Shown here: positions 10,187 to 20,315 of the stretch, one piece after another
Layout: the number at the start of each line of letters is the position of its first letter
How positions within the stretch are numbered: position 1 is the first letter of the stretch
From: a virus
Taxonomy: Duplodnaviria; Caudoviricetes
Strand: one strand, 5' to 3'
Length of the DNA: 60,600 bases
Virus record (IMG/VR): IMGVR_UViG_3300024428_000003
Span: 1-60,600 of that record
Notes under the pieces: generated by a model
Told to the model about the DNA's origin: nothing
Databases searched by the model: none
The model's input: the letters and a program-made list of their open reading frames with translations, nothing else
Position numbers and translations under genes: made by a program

Positions 10187-13100
10187 ATGGAAAAATTATA
10201 CGAGGCTTTAAATAAAAGCGGTAAATATACTAAGTCATTGGAAGACTTTAAAACTCAGTTTAGCTCTACGGCAGGGCAGGAAAAATTATATGGTGCTCTT
10301 AAATCTTCTGGTGATTATACTAAATCATTCAGCGATTTTAGCACACAATTTTTTAATACTGAAGAATCAGTAAAGACAAACGACTCTGCGGCTGCGGATC
10401 CAAGTGTGGAGTCAAACGCTACGGGATCCAATTGGGTAGATGGTTCGTCGGAGCAACTAGATAGTGGATTTGTATCAGAAAATAATAGAGGTAAAAGAGA
10501 AAAACTAATAGACGACGACTATAGTGGTACTATGATATCTAGGATGTTTGATGACGATCCTAACAATAGTTGGGCTGATGGCACAAGTGAATCTTTTAAG
10601 GATTCTTGGAAGGCCTGGGAAAAAAATAATCCTGTGTTCGCGAAAGCGGTTAAGGCGGACAAGAGCCTGACGCTAGGTAAGACGGCAAATATACCTGATG
10701 TTTTAGGCCCGCTTGCACGAGCTATATCAAACTGGGTGCGAAAAGACGACGCTGAAGACGAGGCCGCTATAAACAACAACCCTGAGCTTCATGAAAAATA
10801 CAGAGGGTATAGAAATGACGTTAGTATAGAAGAGCAGGCTGAGCAGTTTTATAACAGCAACGACTTAGACTTAAATGACACAAACTCTAATGCAGCATAC
10901 AATGATGATAAGCGCACTGATTTTATTGAAGAGTATTATATAAACAATCCTGAAAGCAAGGTGTTATTAGAAGAAGCTAACGTTAATGCTAGTGACTTCC
11001 AGGGCTTTTTGAATAGAAAAGGATATATAGACGAGTTCGATAAGCAAAAAGAAGCTGGAGCTTATGAGCAAGACGACTCTAATTTACCTGACAATTTAAC
11101 CATGCAGCAGGATCTTAAATCGTATTTTGACGAGTACTTAATTGAGACAGCTAGTAGAAATGTTGAAAGAGTAGTATTAGAAGAAATTAAAAATAACCCG
11201 TCTGAATACAAAAATATGAGTTTGCCTGAAGCGATGGGAGCTGCAGATGTTAAGCTAATGGAGGATCCTGAGAAGTACAATTACGGTACTCATTTGGATT
11301 TTAATAAATTAGAAGATTGGAATTCTAATAATTGGGATTCAATAAACAAATATAACGCTGAGCAAATTAAAAACATAGAAGATGCTCAACAAGCAAGAAT
11401 TGAAGAGACCGAAACCGGAGTTAAAACCGGTCTTTATGGCAGCGGAAGAACCTTAGTAGGCGCTTTAAATAAGCTAGGTGATGGTTTAGAAGACGTTTAC
11501 GATTTTGTAAAAATGGACGGTAAAGTGTTTGGTTGGGTGTTGCCAATTATTGGAGAAGGAAGACAAGCTAACGAATTTAGAGACTTAAGAGACAAGTCAA
11601 ACAGAAGAGCTTTAAGAGGAGAAGCTAATATAAATTACTTATATGCTGAAGGCAAGCAAGTTACTTTAAATGGCAAAGAGTATATAAAGCAAGCTAATGG
11701 TAGCATCAAGCAAATAACAAACGGATTTGATGTTTCTAAAACTATTTCAGATAAAGACAGAAAGGCTATAGATGATGCTATCGCAAATGGTGATTACATT
11801 TACGGAGCTGACTTTGATGGTTTTGGTGGTAGCATTATAGCAGGACAAACTATAGGTGAATTAGCAATACAGATTGTTGGACAAAAAGGCACAGGACTTT
11901 TAAGGAGAGCAGCTTCTTTAAAATATCTAGGTAAAGTTAAAAACTTATCCAAAGCTAGATTAACTAGAATGGAGTTAGGGTATAATAAAACTAAAGGAAT
12001 TAATTCTAGAGGTATTAATTACGGTGGAGTAACTGGGGGAGCAAAAGGAACTTGGGACACATTTGGCAAAAAGATACCTTTAGGTATAAGCAAAGGAATG
12101 GCTGATGCTGTAATATTCCAATCCGGGTATGGAGCAATGACTGGCTATAATCAAGCTAAGACAGCTGCACTGGATGCTGGTATGAGCATGGAAGAATCTG
12201 AAGCTATTGCTAATGAGGCAAGTTTAGGTATGGCTGCGCTATTTGCTTTAACAACACCAATAAACCCTAAGACTGGGCTTATAGATAAGATATTTAAAGG
12301 TACTGGAAAAAATTCCACAGCAAGCTTATTTAGACAGCTTATTAATGCTTCTGGTAATGCTGCAGGTGTAAGAAGAAACTTCGGAAGAATAGTAGCAGCT
12401 CCTCTGCAAACTAAATTAGCTAAATTTGGTGCGATTGTAGCAAGCGAAGGCGCTAAAGAAATGGTGCAGGAAAATGTACAACAAATAGGTGAAGCTGCTT
12501 TAAATAAAGTTTTGAACAAAGGTATTGGAAAAGATCTTTTAAAAGACACTTACACTTACGAAGACTTTGTAAATACTTCAGCATTGTCGTTTGCTGCTGG
12601 CGGATTTGCTGGTGGGGTTGGTAGCATATCAACTTTAACTGGCAGAAAAAACATAATGAATGACAGTGAAAAAGTTCAGAAGTTAAGGCAGCTAATACAA
12701 AACCCTGCTAAAGTTGAAAAGATATTTGATTCTTGGGTAAAAAACGGGGATATAACAAGAAAAGAAGCTGACGGCTTAAATCAAGAGATACAGAAGTTTG
12801 GTAGAAATATAAACAAAATGCCTAAGTTTCTATCAGATAGACGCATGTCAACAGAACTTTTAAAAGTCATAGACTCTCAGGAAAACATAAGTAAATTAGA
12901 AAAGCAAAGAAAGAACGCAATACCAGGAGAACAGGCCCTAATAGATGAAAAGCTTAAAGTTTTAAAAGAACAACAAACAAAATTGTTGGTAGACGCGCAA
13001 AACACATTAGATGCAGATAATAAAGTCTTCGAAGGCAAGTTTACAAAAAACACCGCTGCTGTTGTTAACTTTGCTAGAAAATTAGGATTTGGAGAAAGTA

Positions 13101-16100
13101 AGCTTCCAAGAATATTTGAAAACACCGACGCCTACGTAACCGCTATATATAGAGCTTTAAAAAGAAAAGAAAGATCTTATTTAAAAGCTGTAAAAGAAGG
13201 TAAGATAAAAGCTGACCCTGATTTTAAACCCCTAACAAAAGCTGAGGTTGCAAAACAAGCAGCTGAATCTGACGGAGTATATTTAGGGGCGGGTAGTCTT
13301 TTTATAAACAAAGAGATGGCTCGACAAACAGGTAAATGGACGGTTACTTCACATGAAATTATCCACCCTATACTTAACTCTTTAGTAGGTAGCTACTTAA
13401 ATCAGAAAGCAAACTACGATGACCTTATGAAGATTCTGCCTGCTAAGGTTAGAAGATCAATTAATAAAAAAATAGCGCAAACACAAGGTAAAGAAAAGCA
13501 AGCTATAGAGTTTTTAAACTATCTTTCTGATGCTGTTATTTCTGGTGAATTAGATTTTGACCCTTCTTTGTTTGATAAAATAAGATTGTGGTTTAACAAC
13601 ATAATAAGCAAGTTAGGCCTTAAGTCTGGTATTGAAAATCATGAAGACCTACATTTTGACGATGCCCGTGGTGTATACAACTGGCTTAAAGAATTTACAT
13701 CAGGTTTAAAAGAGGGCGGAGAAATAAGTGATAAAGCTGTAGAGGCTGTACAAAAAGCAGAAACAAAAGCAAATAGACTAGTTTCAGAAGATCCAGGATT
13801 AAGAGATCCTGAGAATGCAATGCAATTTTCTTCTAGTCAAGAAATATTAAATCTTGAAAATGCTTTAGATGATGCTTTAGATGCTTTTGCAGAAGACCCT
13901 AATAATCCTACTCTTGAAAAGAAAGTAGAAGAAGCGGAAAGATTACTAGAGGAAGCCGAAGAAAGGGTTGCTTCTGGTAGATCAGCTATTAAACAAGAAG
14001 CTAAACCTAAACCAAAGCCTAAAAAGAAAGTAGAGGCTAAGCCCGTTAGAACAACAGACTTAGGCCCTAGAGATCCAAAGTCTAAAAAGATTATGGACAC
14101 TTACAATGAAGGTATGGAGGGTGTCGAAAGAACAGAGTACAAGGCTAGTAAGCCATTACCAGCATCTTTAGAGAAAAAGCTAATACCTCTTTTTGAAGGG
14201 TATATTAATACAATAGTACAACAAAAGTTCAAGCAAGTTGGACCTGAAGCATTAGAGTTCCAAGATGCTTTGTCTATATTAAGAGCTGAGGTTGCTAGCG
14301 CAATACGTACATTTAATCCCGCTGTCAACAAAGATTTAGCAGGATATGTAAAAAGATACGGTGTACAAGCTAGGCAATCTTTAATGTTCGCAGACGCTAA
14401 CAAAGAATTTACTAGTGATATATCAGATGCTAAGGGAGTGGTCGACACTAATGATACACCGTCTATTGATCGTAGTGGCACAGTAGAAAGAGGCCAACGT
14501 ACTTTCGATGAGCTAGACATAGTAGACGAAGATTTAATAAACGATATTAGAACTGAGTTAGAAAAAGAAATAAGAATAAGAGTACAAAAAGGTACTTTGT
14601 CTGAAACTTTAGAAGTTAAGAAAGGTAGAGACACTTATATAGTTTCTTGGTTAGAAAACTATATACAAAAACAGTTATTTAAAAAGTTAATGAAAAAGCT
14701 AGGGGCTATAACAGGAGTATACCCTAATGCTGTAATCCCTGGATCTTATATAGACTTTCTAAACGATCCAAATACTTTTGATATAATAACTAAAGCTTTG
14801 CCAATTAAAAGCATTAAGAAGAGCTATGGCAAGTTATTTCCTCTTGAAAAAGTAGGTAGAGAAGTTACCCCAGAAGGCAACCCTGTATATAGAATTAAGA
14901 AAATAGAAAAAAGAGATTTCTTAACTTATTTTGTTAAAGGTAAAAAGTCTGCTGTACTAGAAAGACAGAAGCAATTATTTAGAGAAATACTTGAACCATT
15001 GGCAAAACAGGTTGTAGCAGACTATGCAACCCCCTCTAATTTAAGCGATTTAAAATCTATACAGGAATTGGCTCCAGAGAATTCTTTGGATGTTATTAAC
15101 GATATTGTTATAGAAGCACAATTAGCTAACCTAGAATCTAAGATAGATAGATACAAAGGCGAGAAAGAAGGTTTTGATATAATACAGTTTAGTAAAGAAT
15201 TAAACCAAAAAGACACTATAGATGTATTAGAGCAATTGGCTCAAAGAGAAAATATTACCGAGTTAAGAAAAGGTGTCTTGCAGGAGCTCATTAATAAAGT
15301 AACCAACGGACAAATCAGAACAACAAAAGACCTGATTAAAGCTGTTCATTCTATTGGAAAAGACCAATTAAGCACAAGAGCATATAGAGAATATGTTGTT
15401 AATGTATTATCTAAATTGCAATTTACACTAAGAACACCTAGTGTAGCTAACATAGTTAATGAAGGAGTAAAAGAATTTACAAAAATTTATAAGTACCAAC
15501 AAAAAATAATTGGTTATAATTATTCTACAACTAAGGTTAAGCGAGATTTTGACGAAGCTACAGATGATAAAAGCAAGGTTGAAGCTATAGTTAATTACTT
15601 AAATATAACAAGTAGATCCATACGTACCTTAGGGGTTGACGGTAATACAACTAATGAAAAAATATTTAATAATATATTAGTTCCTGCTTTTGGAGCGGAT
15701 CAATTATCAAAACTAAAAATAGATTTATTAAAAGAGTCTTATAAAGATAAAGACGGTAAAACTAGATTTAAAACCTACATTACAGTTAATAAAATAAAAC
15801 TAAAAGGATTAGTTCAAATAACAGAATTAAAATCAAACTTTGAAAATAATATTGATCAAGTTAACAAAGAGGCAATATTAGTAAGAAATTATTTAATTGA
15901 TGAAATTAACAGAGCCAAGCAAAATAACGAGGTAGATGCTGTAATTGGATTTATAAATTTATCGACAGCAGATCAAAGAGGAGCTGTTAGGAAACTAAGT
16001 TCTACTGGTATGTTTATGGTAAATACGCCAATAGCAAAATTAATACTGGAGCATGAAACTACTGCTAAGCAGCTAACAGAAGCTTTGGTTAAATATGCTA

Positions 16101-19033
16101 AAGGTGAAATTGATTTTAAAGTATTAACAAAAATACTCAACGGAGCTAAAATAAATTTAATACCTAAAAAATTAGATTTAATATTAAATAAACAAGGCTT
16201 AGACGGTATCGGGAGATACGAAACAGATCTTATTAAAGAAGAAATAAGCAAATTAAAAGCCAGCGGTAAATTAAAGTTTACTCAATATTCTAAAAGTAAG
16301 CTTGCTTTTGATCCATTTGATATGGCAGACGTAGTGACTATGTCGTTGTTTGGTGAAACTAAAGCCTTCAAGAACAGACAAGGATTTGAAAGAACTTATA
16401 AATATTTGAATCCATCCCAGCAAAAGCAGGTTCAGGAGGAAATGAAAAAACATAATTTATTTCAATTTAGCAAAACGCTTAATCAGGCTAAAGCTATGTC
16501 TAATAGAATAGACGCTCCTAATAAAGGTATAAGCGTATGGGATTTCGACGATACTTTAGCTACAACTAAGAGCAACGTTTTATATACATTGCCTAACGGT
16601 ACAAAAGGGAAAATAAATGCAACTGAATTTGCTTTACAAGCAGACCAATTAGCGGCACAGGGAGCTGAATTTGACTTTAGCGAGTTTAGCAAGGTTATGA
16701 ACGGTGCAAAAGGCCCAATGTTTGACAAAGCTGTTGCTCGTAATAAAAAGTTTGGTAATTCCAATGTCTACATTCTAACCGCTAGACCGGCTAATTCAAA
16801 ATATGCTATACATACGTTTCTTAAGGGAATCGGTTTAGATATTAAATTAGAAAATATATTTGGACTAGGTGATGGCACAGCTATTGCTAAAGCTAAGTGG
16901 GTAATTGGAAAAGTAGCTGAAGGTTACAATGATTTTTACTTTGCAGATGACGCATATAAAAACGTACAAGCGGTACAAGAAGTTTTAGAACAAGCAGACG
17001 TTAAGTCTAAAGTTCACCAAGCTAAAATACAATTTGCAAAAAGCTTAAATTCTGATTTTAATAATATTATACAAGATGTTACTGGAATAGATGCTGATAA
17101 AAAAATATCAGGTAATAAAGCAAAAATGCTTGGCAAAAAGAAAGGTAGGTTCAAATTCTTTTTACCACCCTCTGCAGAAGATTTTGCTGGGTTGTTATAC
17201 AAGCTAACTGGTAAAGGCAAAAAAGGTGAAGCGCATCAAGCTTGGTTTAAAAAATCATTGTTTGATCCATTTGCAAAAGGTATTAGAGAATTCGAAAGCT
17301 ATAAGCAAAACGCTACAGCTATTGTAAAGCAATTAAAGAAAAGCATAAAAAATATACCAGCTGGGTTAGGTAAGATTAATGAGACTGGTTTTACAAACGA
17401 AGCAGCAGTTAGAGTTTACTTGTGGACTAAAAATGGATTTGATATTCCAGACCTAACAGCAGAAGAGCAACAAGAATTGATAGAGGTAGTTAACAACAAC
17501 CCTAAATTGAAAAAATTTGCAGATCAATTAGATAAAGTGTTGGATGGTTATCCAGAGCCCCAAGATAGTTGGGTGGCTGGAACTATAACTACAGATGCTA
17601 TCAACATGATCAATACTGTAAAAAGAGCGGAGTTTTTAAAAGAGTGGCAAGAAAATGCAGACGCTATCTTTACAAAAGATAATATAAATAAACTAAGATC
17701 CCAATTTGGGGATAGCTATGTAGAAGCACTACAGGACATGCTCTACAGAATGAAAACAGGCCGTAACAGACCATCTGGCGCAAATAAGCTTACTAATCGC
17801 TTTATGAATTGGGTTAATGATTCTGTAGGTACAATAATGTTTTTCAATACTAGATCAGCATTGCTACAAACTTTGTCTATTGTAAACTTTATAAATTGGC
17901 ACGATAACAACCCTATACAAGCTGCAAAAGCTTTCGCAAACCAAAAACAATTTTGGAGTGATTTTTCAATGATATTTAATTCAGACTTTTTGAAACAAAG
18001 AAGATCTGGTTTAAAAAATGACGTTAATGCGGATGATATTGCTAGCGCTGCTGAAAATGAAACAAATAAAGCTAAAGCTGTGTTTGCCTCATTGTTAAAA
18101 GCAGGTTTCTTACCTACGCAGATAGCGGATAGTTTTGCAATCGCAATGGGTGGAGCTTCATTTATTAGAAATAGAATAAATATGTACGTGGCCGAGGGAA
18201 TGACTAAAGCAAAAGCTGAAGAGCAAGCTTTTTTAGATTTCCAAGAAATTGCAGAAGAAACACAGCAATCCTCAAGACCAGATAGAATATCGCAACAACA
18301 AGCGAGCCCATTAGGACGTATTGTATTAGCCTTTGCGAATACCCCTATGCAATACATGAGATTATCTAAAAAGGCTTTCTTGGATCTTAAAAACGGACGT
18401 GGAGACGCTAAAACAAATATAACCAAGATCATATATTATACAGCTGTGCAGAATATTATATTCTCTAGCTTACAAGCAGCTTTATTTGCGGTAGCATTTG
18501 ATGACGACGAAGAAAAAGCAAAAAACAAAGAAATCAGAGTCGCTAATTCTATGTTAGATTCCATCTTACGTGGAACTGGTATTTATGGAGCTATAGCTTC
18601 TACGATTAAGAATATAGTTGCGGAAATTTATACACAAAGTGAAAAAAGCCGACCTGATTATACGGTTGCTGCTCAAAGAGCTTTAAGCATATCTCCACCT
18701 ATAGATTCTAAGATGCGGAAGATAATGTCTGCAGCTAGAGCTTTTAGTTATAAAACTACTAGAGAGAAAATGGTTGGGTATGGTTTAGACAACCCCGCAT
18801 ATTATGCAGTGGGGCAAATACTTTCAGCAGGGTTTAATTTACCTGTTGATAGATTGATTAGAAAAGCTGACAACATAAGAGTAGCGCTTGATAATGAAAC
18901 TAAGATGTGGCAATCAATAGCACTAACATTAGGCTACAGCCAATGGGATCTAGGACTGATTGAAAGCGGAAAAAATAAAAAGAGTAATAAAAAAGGCTGG
19001 CACAATGTAAAGCGCGGCAGCTGGAAAGACTAA
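10187..19033 (+). CDS. Giant ejection (polyvalent) protein with zincin HExxH, sigma-70 region-2-like and HAD phosphatase-like domains
   Basis: 2948 aa. HEIIH at 13352-13366; sigma r2-like segment ~14168-14383; HAD motifs DFDDTL (16541), ILTARP and FADD; helical C-terminus. Confidence 0.75.
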   Translation: MEKLYEALNKSGKYTKSLEDFKTQFSSTAGQEKLYGALKSSGDYTKSFSDFSTQFFNTEESVKTNDSAAADPSVESNATGSNWVDGSSEQLDSGFVSENNRGKREKLIDDDYSGTMISRMFDDDPNNSWADGTSESFKDSWKAWEKNNPVFAKAVKADKSLTLGKTANIPDVLGPLARAISNWVRKDDAEDEAAINNNPELHEKYRGYRNDVSIEEQAEQFYNSNDLDLNDTNSNAAYNDDKRTDFIEEYYINNPESKVLLEEANVNASDFQGFLNRKGYIDEFDKQKEAGAYEQDDSNLPDNLTMQQDLKSYFDEYLIETASRNVERVVLEEIKNNPSEYKNMSLPEAMGAADVKLMEDPEKYNYGTHLDFNKLEDWNSNNWDSINKYNAEQIKNIEDAQQARIEETETGVKTGLYGSGRTLVGALNKLGDGLEDVYDFVKMDGKVFGWVLPIIGEGRQANEFRDLRDKSNRRALRGEANINYLYAEGKQVTLNGKEYIKQANGSIKQITNGFDVSKTISDKDRKAIDDAIANGDYIYGADFDGFGGSIIAGQTIGELAIQIVGQKGTGLLRRAASLKYLGKVKNLSKARLTRMELGYNKTKGINSRGINYGGVTGGAKGTWDTFGKKIPLGISKGMADAVIFQSGYGAMTGYNQAKTAALDAGMSMEESEAIANEASLGMAALFALTTPINPKTGLIDKIFKGTGKNSTASLFRQLINASGNAAGVRRNFGRIVAAPLQTKLAKFGAIVASEGAKEMVQENVQQIGEAALNKVLNKGIGKDLLKDTYTYEDFVNTSALSFAAGGFAGGVGSISTLTGRKNIMNDSEKVQKLRQLIQNPAKVEKIFDSWVKNGDITRKEADGLNQEIQKFGRNINKMPKFLSDRRMSTELLKVIDSQENISKLEKQRKNAIPGEQALIDEKLKVLKEQQTKLLVDAQNTLDADNKVFEGKFTKNTAAVVNFARKLGFGESKLPRIFENTDAYVTAIYRALKRKERSYLKAVKEGKIKADPDFKPLTKAEVAKQAAESDGVYLGAGSLFINKEMARQTGKWTVTSHEIIHPILNSLVGSYLNQKANYDDLMKILPAKVRRSINKKIAQTQGKEKQAIEFLNYLSDAVISGELDFDPSLFDKIRLWFNNIISKLGLKSGIENHEDLHFDDARGVYNWLKEFTSGLKEGGEISDKAVEAVQKAETKANRLVSEDPGLRDPENAMQFSSSQEILNLENALDDALDAFAEDPNNPTLEKKVEEAERLLEEAEERVASGRSAIKQEAKPKPKPKKKVEAKPVRTTDLGPRDPKSKKIMDTYNEGMEGVERTEYKASKPLPASLEKKLIPLFEGYINTIVQQKFKQVGPEALEFQDALSILRAEVASAIRTFNPAVNKDLAGYVKRYGVQARQSLMFADANKEFTSDISDAKGVVDTNDTPSIDRSGTVERGQRTFDELDIVDEDLINDIRTELEKEIRIRVQKGTLSETLEVKKGRDTYIVSWLENYIQKQLFKKLMKKLGAITGVYPNAVIPGSYIDFLNDPNTFDIITKALPIKSIKKSYGKLFPLEKVGREVTPEGNPVYRIKKIEKRDFLTYFVKGKKSAVLERQKQLFREILEPLAKQVVADYATPSNLSDLKSIQELAPENSLDVINDIVIEAQLANLESKIDRYKGEKEGFDIIQFSKELNQKDTIDVLEQLAQRENITELRKGVLQELINKVTNGQIRTTKDLIKAVHSIGKDQLSTRAYREYVVNVLSKLQFTLRTPSVANIVNEGVKEFTKIYKYQQKIIGYNYSTTKVKRDFDEATDDKSKVEAIVNYLNITSRSIRTLGVDGNTTNEKIFNNILVPAFGADQLSKLKIDLLKESYKDKDGKTRFKTYITVNKIKLKGLVQITELKSNFENNIDQVNKEAILVRNYLIDEINRAKQNNEVDAVIGFINLSTADQRGAVRKLSSTGMFMVNTPIAKLILEHETTAKQLTEALVKYAKGEIDFKVLTKILNGAKINLIPKKLDLILNKQGLDGIGRYETDLIKEEISKLKASGKLKFTQYSKSKLAFDPFDMADVVTMSLFGETKAFKNRQGFERTYKYLNPSQQKQVQEEMKKHNLFQFSKTLNQAKAMSNRIDAPNKGISVWDFDDTLATTKSNVLYTLPNGTKGKINATEFALQADQLAAQGAEFDFSEFSKVMNGAKGPMFDKAVARNKKFGNSNVYILTARPANSKYAIHTFLKGIGLDIKLENIFGLGDGTAIAKAKWVIGKVAEGYNDFYFADDAYKNVQAVQEVLEQADVKSKVHQAKIQFAKSLNSDFNNIIQDVTGIDADKKISGNKAKMLGKKKGRFKFFLPPSAEDFAGLLYKLTGKGKKGEAHQAWFKKSLFDPFAKGIREFESYKQNATAIVKQLKKSIKNIPAGLGKINETGFTNEAAVRVYLWTKNGFDIPDLTAEEQQELIEVVNNNPKLKKFADQLDKVLDGYPEPQDSWVAGTITTDAINMINTVKRAEFLKEWQENADAIFTKDNINKLRSQFGDSYVEALQDMLYRMKTGRNRPSGANKLTNRFMNWVNDSVGTIMFFNTRSALLQTLSIVNFINWHDNNPIQAAKAFANQKQFWSDFSMIFNSDFLKQRRSGLKNDVNADDIASAAENETNKAKAVFASLLKAGFLPTQIADSFAIAMGGASFIRNRINMYVAEGMTKAKAEEQAFLDFQEIAEETQQSSRPDRISQQQASPLGRIVLAFANTPMQYMRLSKKAFLDLKNGRGDAKTNITKIIYYTAVQNIIFSSLQAALFAVAFDDDEEKAKNKEIRVANSMLDSILRGTGIYGAIASTIKNIVAEIYTQSEKSRPDYTVAAQRALSISPPIDSKMRKIMSAARAFSYKTTREKMVGYGLDNPAYYAVGQILSAGFNLPVDRLIRKADNIRVALDNETKMWQSIALTLGYSQWDLGLIESGKNKKSNKKGWHNVKRGSWKD

Positions 19034-19038
19034 ATAAT

Positions 19039-19335
19039 ATGAAACCAATAACAGCAGTAGTAAAAGAAAAAGGTGGAGCTAGCACATATCCCACTAATAG
19101 AGAAGTTGCTTTAAATGCGGACGGATCAGGTGGTCCTATATATAAGATAGGATTGCAGGGGTTAGGCGCTAAGGGTAACAAAGGTTATCACGTAGGATCT
19201 CCTGCGAAAAAGAAAGATGCTTGTTACAGTAAAGTAAAGAGCAGATACAAAAAGTGGCCGTCAGCTTATGCTAGTGGAGCGCTAGTTAAATGCAGAAAAG
19301 TTGGTGCCGCTAACTGGGGAAATAAATCTAAGTAA
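19039..19335 (+). CDS. Small basic protein (KWPSAYASGALVKCRK motif)
   Basis: 98 aa. The motif is recalled from small aquatic phage proteins; also contains SPAK. Confidence 0.6.
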   Translation: MKPITAVVKEKGGASTYPTNREVALNADGSGGPIYKIGLQGLGAKGNKGYHVGSPAKKKDACYSKVKSRYKKWPSAYASGALVKCRKVGAANWGNKSK

Positions 19336-19336
19336 T

Positions 19337-19561
19337 ATGGCTTATAAACAAAATTCACCATTTAAGAATCTTAATAGATGGTTTAAAGAGGAATGGAAAA
19401 CACCTAGTGGTAAAGAAGATTACAGCGAAGGTGAAAACACATTTAGGCCCACCAAGAAAGTATCTAAAGAAACACCAAAAACCTGGAGTGAAGTTACTCC
19501 TGAATCCAAAAGAAAAGCCCAAAAAGAAAAGAACACTAAAGGTAGAGTTACCAAATACTAA
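19337..19561 (+). CDS. Small basic protein (LNRWFKEEW motif)
   Basis: ATG at 19337 follows the upstream stop; begins MAYKQNSPFK. Confidence 0.6.
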   Translation: MAYKQNSPFKNLNRWFKEEWKTPSGKEDYSEGENTFRPTKKVSKETPKTWSEVTPESKRKAQKEKNTKGRVTKY

Positions 19562-19566
19562 AATAC

Positions 19567-19722
19567 ATGAGCTTACAAGAAATTAAGTTATACGCTATAA
19601 ACGGCAGCACGCTAGGAGTCACAACCTTTACACAGATAGAGGATTGGTTAAAAATAATATTATTAGTAGTAACTATAGGTTATACCATTGCCAAGTGGTC
19701 AAAAGTAAAAGAAGAGGATTAA
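19567..19722 (+). CDS. Putative small holin (51 aa, not in ORF track)
   Basis: MSLQEIKLYAINGSTLGVTTFTQIEDWLKIILLVVTIGYTIAKWSKVKEED. Has a TM helix; its stop overlaps the endolysin ATG (TAATG). Confidence 0.6.
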   Translation: MSLQEIKLYAINGSTLGVTTFTQIEDWLKIILLVVTIGYTIAKWSKVKEED

Positions 19723-20075
19723 TGAGGTATTTTAAGTTAGAAGAATTTGATTCGCCTGATGAAAAAGGCAGCGGCAGTAAAATGAGTGAAGAGCTTTTAA
19801 GTATGCTTGATATAGCTCGTAAAAAGTTTGGTAAACCTATAAAAATAAACTCAGGGTATAGAACAGCCGCACACAATAAAAAGGTAGGTGGAAAACCTTC
19901 TTCTTCCCACCTCAAGGGTTTAGCTGCAGATATATCTTGCACTAATTCTATAGATAGATTTAAACTAGAGGGTATATTGAGAGAAGTGGGGTTTAATAGA
20001 TTAGGTGTAGCTGGTTCATTTATTCACGTAGACATAGACAAAAACAAATCACCTAATGTAATGTGGGTATATTAA
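19722..20075 (+). CDS. Endolysin, peptidase M15A family
   Basis: SGYRT..HN..VGG...SSHLKGLAADI...FIHVD motifs. Likely start is ATG 19722. Confidence 0.9.
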   Translation: MRYFKLEEFDSPDEKGSGSKMSEELLSMLDIARKKFGKPIKINSGYRTAAHNKKVGGKPSSSHLKGLAADISCTNSIDRFKLEGILREVGFNRLGVAGSFIHVDIDKNKSPNVMWVY

Positions 20076-20195
20076 AAATTATAATATATAAAAATAAAAC
20101 TATGAAATCAAAACTAAAGTATTTAATTTACAAATTCAAAAGTACTTGGAATAAATTAATGTATAAATTAATGTTTCACAATTACAAAGACAAAT

Positions 20196-20230
20196 AAAAA
20201 AAAGGGCCTCAATTAAGAGACCCTTTTTTT
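20196..20230. terminator. Bidirectional intrinsic terminator between the convergent arms
   Basis: A8-GGGCCTC-AATTAA-GAGACCC-T7, at the convergence of the + and - gene blocks. Confidence 0.85.
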
Positions 20231-20315
20231 ATTATAGTAACTAATAGTTATAACTTTTAGCCTTTAGTAAACACACACGCTTACTTCTGCTTCATATTGT
20301 AAACATATATGCTTA

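Noticed and set aside
10519-18432. Long antisense ORFs within the giant gene (e.g. 17743..18432, 14101..14634)
   Set aside because: They are shadow frames produced by codon bias, S/L/F-rich and without motifs.
10187-19033. crAss-type virion RNA polymerase
   Set aside because: No convincing catalytic DxDxD motif. DFDDTL fits HAD motif I with matching downstream motifs, and ADFDGF (~11808) lacks the third Asp.
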